The notes below the pieces were generated by a model. It had not been told where the DNA came from, ran no database searches, and worked only from the letters and a program-made list of their open reading frames with translations. DNA of 64,000 nt. It comes from Eledone cirrhosa (taxonomy: Eukaryota). The DNA lies in assembly GCA_964016885.1 (NCBI GenBank), contig CAXHJY010000270.1, positions 64,317 through 128,316 of the forward strand. Direction: 5' to 3'. Shown in pieces: positions 54,700 through 64,000 of this stretch. The translations under genes and the position numbers were made by a program. Positions within the stretch are counted from its first letter, which is position 1. Each line of letters begins with the position of its first letter.

Positions 54700-56372
54700 A
54701 TCTCTCCTCCCTCCTCTATCTCCCTCTCTCTCCATACCTCTCTCTCCCTCCATCTCTCTCCCTCCATCTCTCTCCCTCCATCTCTCTCACTATACCTCTC
54801 TCTCCCTCCATCTCTCTCACTATACCTCTCTCCCCCCATCTCTCTCACTATACCTATCTCCCTCCATCTCTCTCACTATACCTCTCTCCCTCCATCTCTC
54901 TCTCACTATACCTCTCTCCCTCCATCTCTCTCACTATACCTCTCTCCCTCCATCTCTCTCACTATACCTCTCTCCCTCCATCTCTCTCACTATATCTCTC
55001 TCTCCATCCTTCCCTCTCTCTCCATCCTTCCCTCTCTCACTATCTCTACCTCCCTCCCTCTCTCACCCTCTATCTCTCTCTCTCTCTCCCTCCGTCACTC
55101 ACCATCTCTCCATCCCCCTCTCCCTTCACTATCTCTGTCTCTCGCCCTCTCTCACTCACCATCTCTCCATCCCTCTCTCACTCACCATCTCTCCATCCCT
55201 CTCTCACTCACCATCTCTCTATCTCTCTCTCCCTCCCTCTCTCACTTCACTATCTCTCTCTCTCCCTCCCTCACTCACCATCTCTCCATCCCTCTCTCCC
55301 TCTCTCACTTCACTATATCTCTCTCTCTCTCCCTCCGTCACTCACCATCTCTCCGTCCCTCCGTCTCTCTCACTCTCTCTCTCTCCATCCCTCCACCTTT
55401 CACTCTCTCCATCCCTCCACCTTTCACTCTCTCTCTCTCTCCTTCACCCTCCTCCTTTCACTCTCTCTCTCTCCTTCACCCTCCTCCTTTCACTCTCTCT
55501 CCTTCACCCTCCTCCTCTCCATCCCACCTCCCTCTCTCTCCCACCTCCCTCTCTCCCTCTATCTATCTCTATCCCCCCTCTCTATGGTGTCTATAATCTA
55601 TCATTTTTTTAAATTATCGTTATCTTCGTATTTATTAACACCATCACCAACACCACCATCACCATCATCACCACCATCATCACCACCATCACCACCATCA
55701 TCACCACCATCATCACCATCACCACCAACACCATCACCACCAACACCATCACCACCATCACCATCACCATCATCACCACCACCACCATCACCACCATCAC
55801 CACCATCACCACGATCACCATCACCACCACCACCAGCACCATCACCATCACCACCAACACCATCATCACTATCAAGTTTATCAAAATCTCCCAATTATCC
55901 CCAACTCTCTCTCTCTCCCACCCCCTCTCTCTATCTCCATCTCCCTCCCTCTTTCTCTCTCCATCTCCCTCTCTGTTGTTAGCTCTCTTGACCCATCTCC
56001 TCCTCTCTCTCTTGCCCCCTTCCACCCTCCCTCTCCTTCTCTCCATATCTCTCCCCCCTCTCACCCACACCCTCCCCCTCTCTCTCACCCTCTCTCCATA
56101 TCTCTCTCACCCTCTCTCCATATCTCTCTCCCCCCTCTCCCCCCTCTCTCCATATCTCTCTCCCCCCTCTCCCCCCTCTCTCCATATCTCTCTCCCCCCT
56201 TTCCCCCTCTCTCCATATCTCTCTCCCCCCTTTCCCCCCTCTCTCCATATCTCTCTCCCCCCTCTCTCCATATCTCTCTCCCCCCTCTCTCCATATCTCT
56301 CTCCCCCCTCTCTCCATATCTCTATACCCCTCTCTCCATATCTCTCTCCCCATCTCTCCATATCGCTCTCTA
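54700..56372. repeat. CT-rich low-complexity blocks with an internal (CAC/CAT)n tract
   Basis: Pyrimidine tracts at 54700-55585 and 55905-56372; trinucleotide tract at 55638-55870. Confidence 0.9.
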
Positions 56373-56626
56373 TCCAGAACTCTGCTTTTATTCCTATCAA
56401 TAACTCTAAATTAAATTTAAAATAAAATAAAATAAATATATTAAAGAAATAGAAAAAACTATTTTTTTAAAATAATTAAAATAAAAACAAAAAGCTAATC
56501 AATATCCGATTTAGCAGGTTTAAATTATCATTAACGCTAAAATTTCATTTTAATTAAAAGCCTCACATCTCATTTTTCCAAAACACACACACACACACAC
56601 ACACACACGCGCGCGCGCACGTGCTG

Positions 56627-59097
<2,471 letters not shown>

Positions 59098-59713
59098 ATG
59101 TCAGGTCACTAGTTGGTGCTACTGGTAACATGTATCCCAGTACAACCTGTCTCATGGTCGGGTCGTTGGCGACTAAACTGGCAACCCCACCAAGGTTTCT
59201 TGGTGAGGAGGGTGACTTTGGACATCCTGCAGGACTAAAAACAAAACCTGTCAAAGGGCAAAGGAGCTCTTTAGAGTCAATGGCCATCCAAAATCACCGG
59301 GAGAGATGACCCCTTAGCCTTTGTCAAGGCAGAATTCTAGGAGAAGGAAAACTCTGATATAACACCTGCAACTCTGATGGTATCCAATGATGTTGACTTG
59401 TTCTTCTTTTTGGTAAATATCATCTTGGTTAAGAGAGTGGGACTGGCTTTGTGCAGTGCCTTTGCTCACTATAAAAGCTTCACGGCACAGGCATTGCTTT
59501 ATATCTGGAGATCTCTCTGCACTTGTCGTCACATGGTACCATGGGCCCAGCACTATGTGTCAATAATTGTCACAAGTGTACGTGTTTGTACCAGAGTTTT
59601 CCAAGTCGCTGGCTGGACTAAAAAAGTCACACTCGTTCAGCGCATTGGTAGGGGTTCTCCTACATGGATATAAAGTAGTGGCCGTACTCGAAAACGAGTT
59701 GGCAGCCACCATG
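59098..59713 (+). mobile_element. Second copy of the ~610 bp element
   Basis: Colinear with 10616-11228 with few substitutions. Both flanks are kb-scale (TA)n. Confidence 0.8.
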
Positions 59714-62741
<3,028 letters not shown>

Positions 62742-64000
62742 CTCTTTTACTCTTTTACTCTTTTACCTGTTTCAGCCATCCGGCTGAGGCCATGCTGGGG
62801 CACCGCCCTTGTTGCTACACATTTTATCTCCAGCCTGTATAGGTTGGCCACTGGTGTAGGAGGGAGTTTGTTGCTGCTGCCCTTAGGTTTCCCTCGTGTC
62901 TTGCTGTGGGCTCATCCGGGATCCTGGATAACAAGGTGTCGAGATGTTTCTTAAAGACATCCACCTCCACGTCATGCAAGTCTCGCAGATGCCTCGGCAG
63001 CCTGTTGAAGAGTTGAGGGCCCTTGAATCCCAGGCTATTGCAATACCTGCTCCTTATTCTAGATGTGGAAGACGGGACCTTTGGCACCACACAGTGACGT
63101 CCTGTTCGACGGTTGGTCCAGCTCCCAATGCCAAAGTTTGGTGCTAGTCCCTCCAGGATTTTCCACATGTAGATCACTGCGTATCTCTCCCGTCTTCGCT
63201 CCAAGGAGTAGAGGTTCAGTTCCTTCAGCCTCTCCCAGTAGCTTGTCTCCCTCATCTTGGCAATCCTCTTGGTGTAGCTTCGCTGGATTGCCTCAAGCTC
63301 TGTGGTTAGTTTGACACTATGGGGTGACCACAGCTGGGAGCAGTAGTCCAGGCGGCTTAGGACAAAAGTCCTCCACAGTGTCAACATGGTGTCTCGATCT
63401 CTTGTAAGGAAAGTCCTCAAGATCCAGCCAGCGAATCGTCTACATGCTGTCGCCACCTTCATGATGTGTGAAGAAAAAGATGCATCATCGCTCATGTCTA
63501 TGCCCAGGTCTCGTATCGATTTTGACACGGGGATATCGGTCCCTCCTGGTCCTGTGTAGCTGTGTTCCGCTATATTTGTGTTTGTGTTTGCAGGTTTGTA
63601 TTGTAGGGCTTGGAATTTGCCAGCATTAAACTGCATGTTGTTTTCTTCCGCCCATCTGTATATGGCATCCAGATCCTGCTGTAAGAGGGCAGCGTCAGCC
63701 GGGTTTTTGATTGCCTGTGCTACCTTAGTGTCATCAGCATAGCTAGTGAGGGATGTTGTTGCATGCACCACAGAGGGCATGTCCGAGAGAGCCACCAAAA
63801 ACAGTAGTGGTCCCAGGACTGTCCCCTGAGGCACCCCACTTGTTATCGGTGTTTCCCTCGAGAGGGCCCCATTTGCTGCGACTGCCTGGCTTCTGTCCCT
63901 CAGGAAGCCATGCAGCCACTCACCTACTTTTCCAGTTATGCCGAGTCCGTGTAGTTTGTGACATATCATTCCGTGGTCGACCTTGTCAAAGGCCTTCGCA
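62742..64000 (-). mobile_element. CR1-like LINE 3' portion with short 3'UTR and (TAAAAGAG)n tail, inserted at a TA tract
   Basis: The RT ORF is followed by about 60 nt of UTR and tandem ctctttta units at 62742-62765. Confidence 0.88.
62824..64000 (-). CDS. CR1/L2-group LINE ORF2, reverse transcriptase and C-terminus (5' part lies outside the window)
   Basis: Uninterrupted frame reading AKAFDKVDH...[15 protein letters not shown]...YADDT...RDLGI...[12 protein letters not shown]...[10 protein letters not shown]...[10 protein letters not shown]. These are typical non-LTR RT motifs followed by a CR1-like C-terminus. Confidence 0.93.
   Translation of the reverse strand, partial: AKAFDKVDHGMICHKLHGLGITGKVGEWLHGFLRDRSQAVAANGALSRETPITSGVPQGTVLGPLLFLVALSDMPSVVHATTSLTSYADDTKVAQAIKNPADAALLQQDLDAIYRWAEENNMQFNAGKFQALQYKPANTNTNIAEHSYTGPGGTDIPVSKSIRDLGIDMSDDASFSSHIMKVATACRRFAGWILRTFLTRDRDTMLTLWRTFVLSRLDYCSQLWSPHSVKLTTELEAIQRSYTKRIAKMRETSYWERLKELNLYSLERRRERYAVIYMWKILEGLAPNFGIGSWTNRRTGRHCVVPKVPSSTSRIRSRYCNSLGFKGPQLFNRLPRHLRDLHDVEVDVFKKHLDTLLSRIPDEPTARHEGNLRAAATNSLLHQWPTYTGWR

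Noticed and set aside
54673-56425. Pro/Ser/Leu-rich extensin-like ORFs
   Set aside because: Products of CT-rich and CAC/CAT low-complexity DNA.

Overview
Gene-free, AT-rich, repeat-saturated eukaryotic DNA. The SINE/LINE families and very long (TA)n tracts suggest an invertebrate, probably an octopod cephalopod; this is an inference. Almost all of the supplied ORF track is microsatellite artefact. The only real protein-coding sequence is retroelement-derived: an open CR1-type RT ORF running off the right end, plus 3' fragments of RTE, L1/Tx1 and CRE-like elements. The window also holds two tRNA-derived SINE families, a hAT MITE, Helitron termini and three large tandem arrays (about 52, 29 and 95 bp units); the 52 bp and 29 bp arrays visibly grew out of retroelement parts. 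The most striking hidden layer is a set of tiny elements inserted in (TA)n microsatellites. They carry minimal type-I hammerhead ribozyme folds and fold-back palindromes centred on the ribozyme, and share an ATTGAGT-like motif about 45-50 nt from the microsatellite junction, consistent with Penelope-like or retrozyme derivatives. A separate ~600 bp palindrome is centred on a symmetric Helitron CTAG|TC junction.
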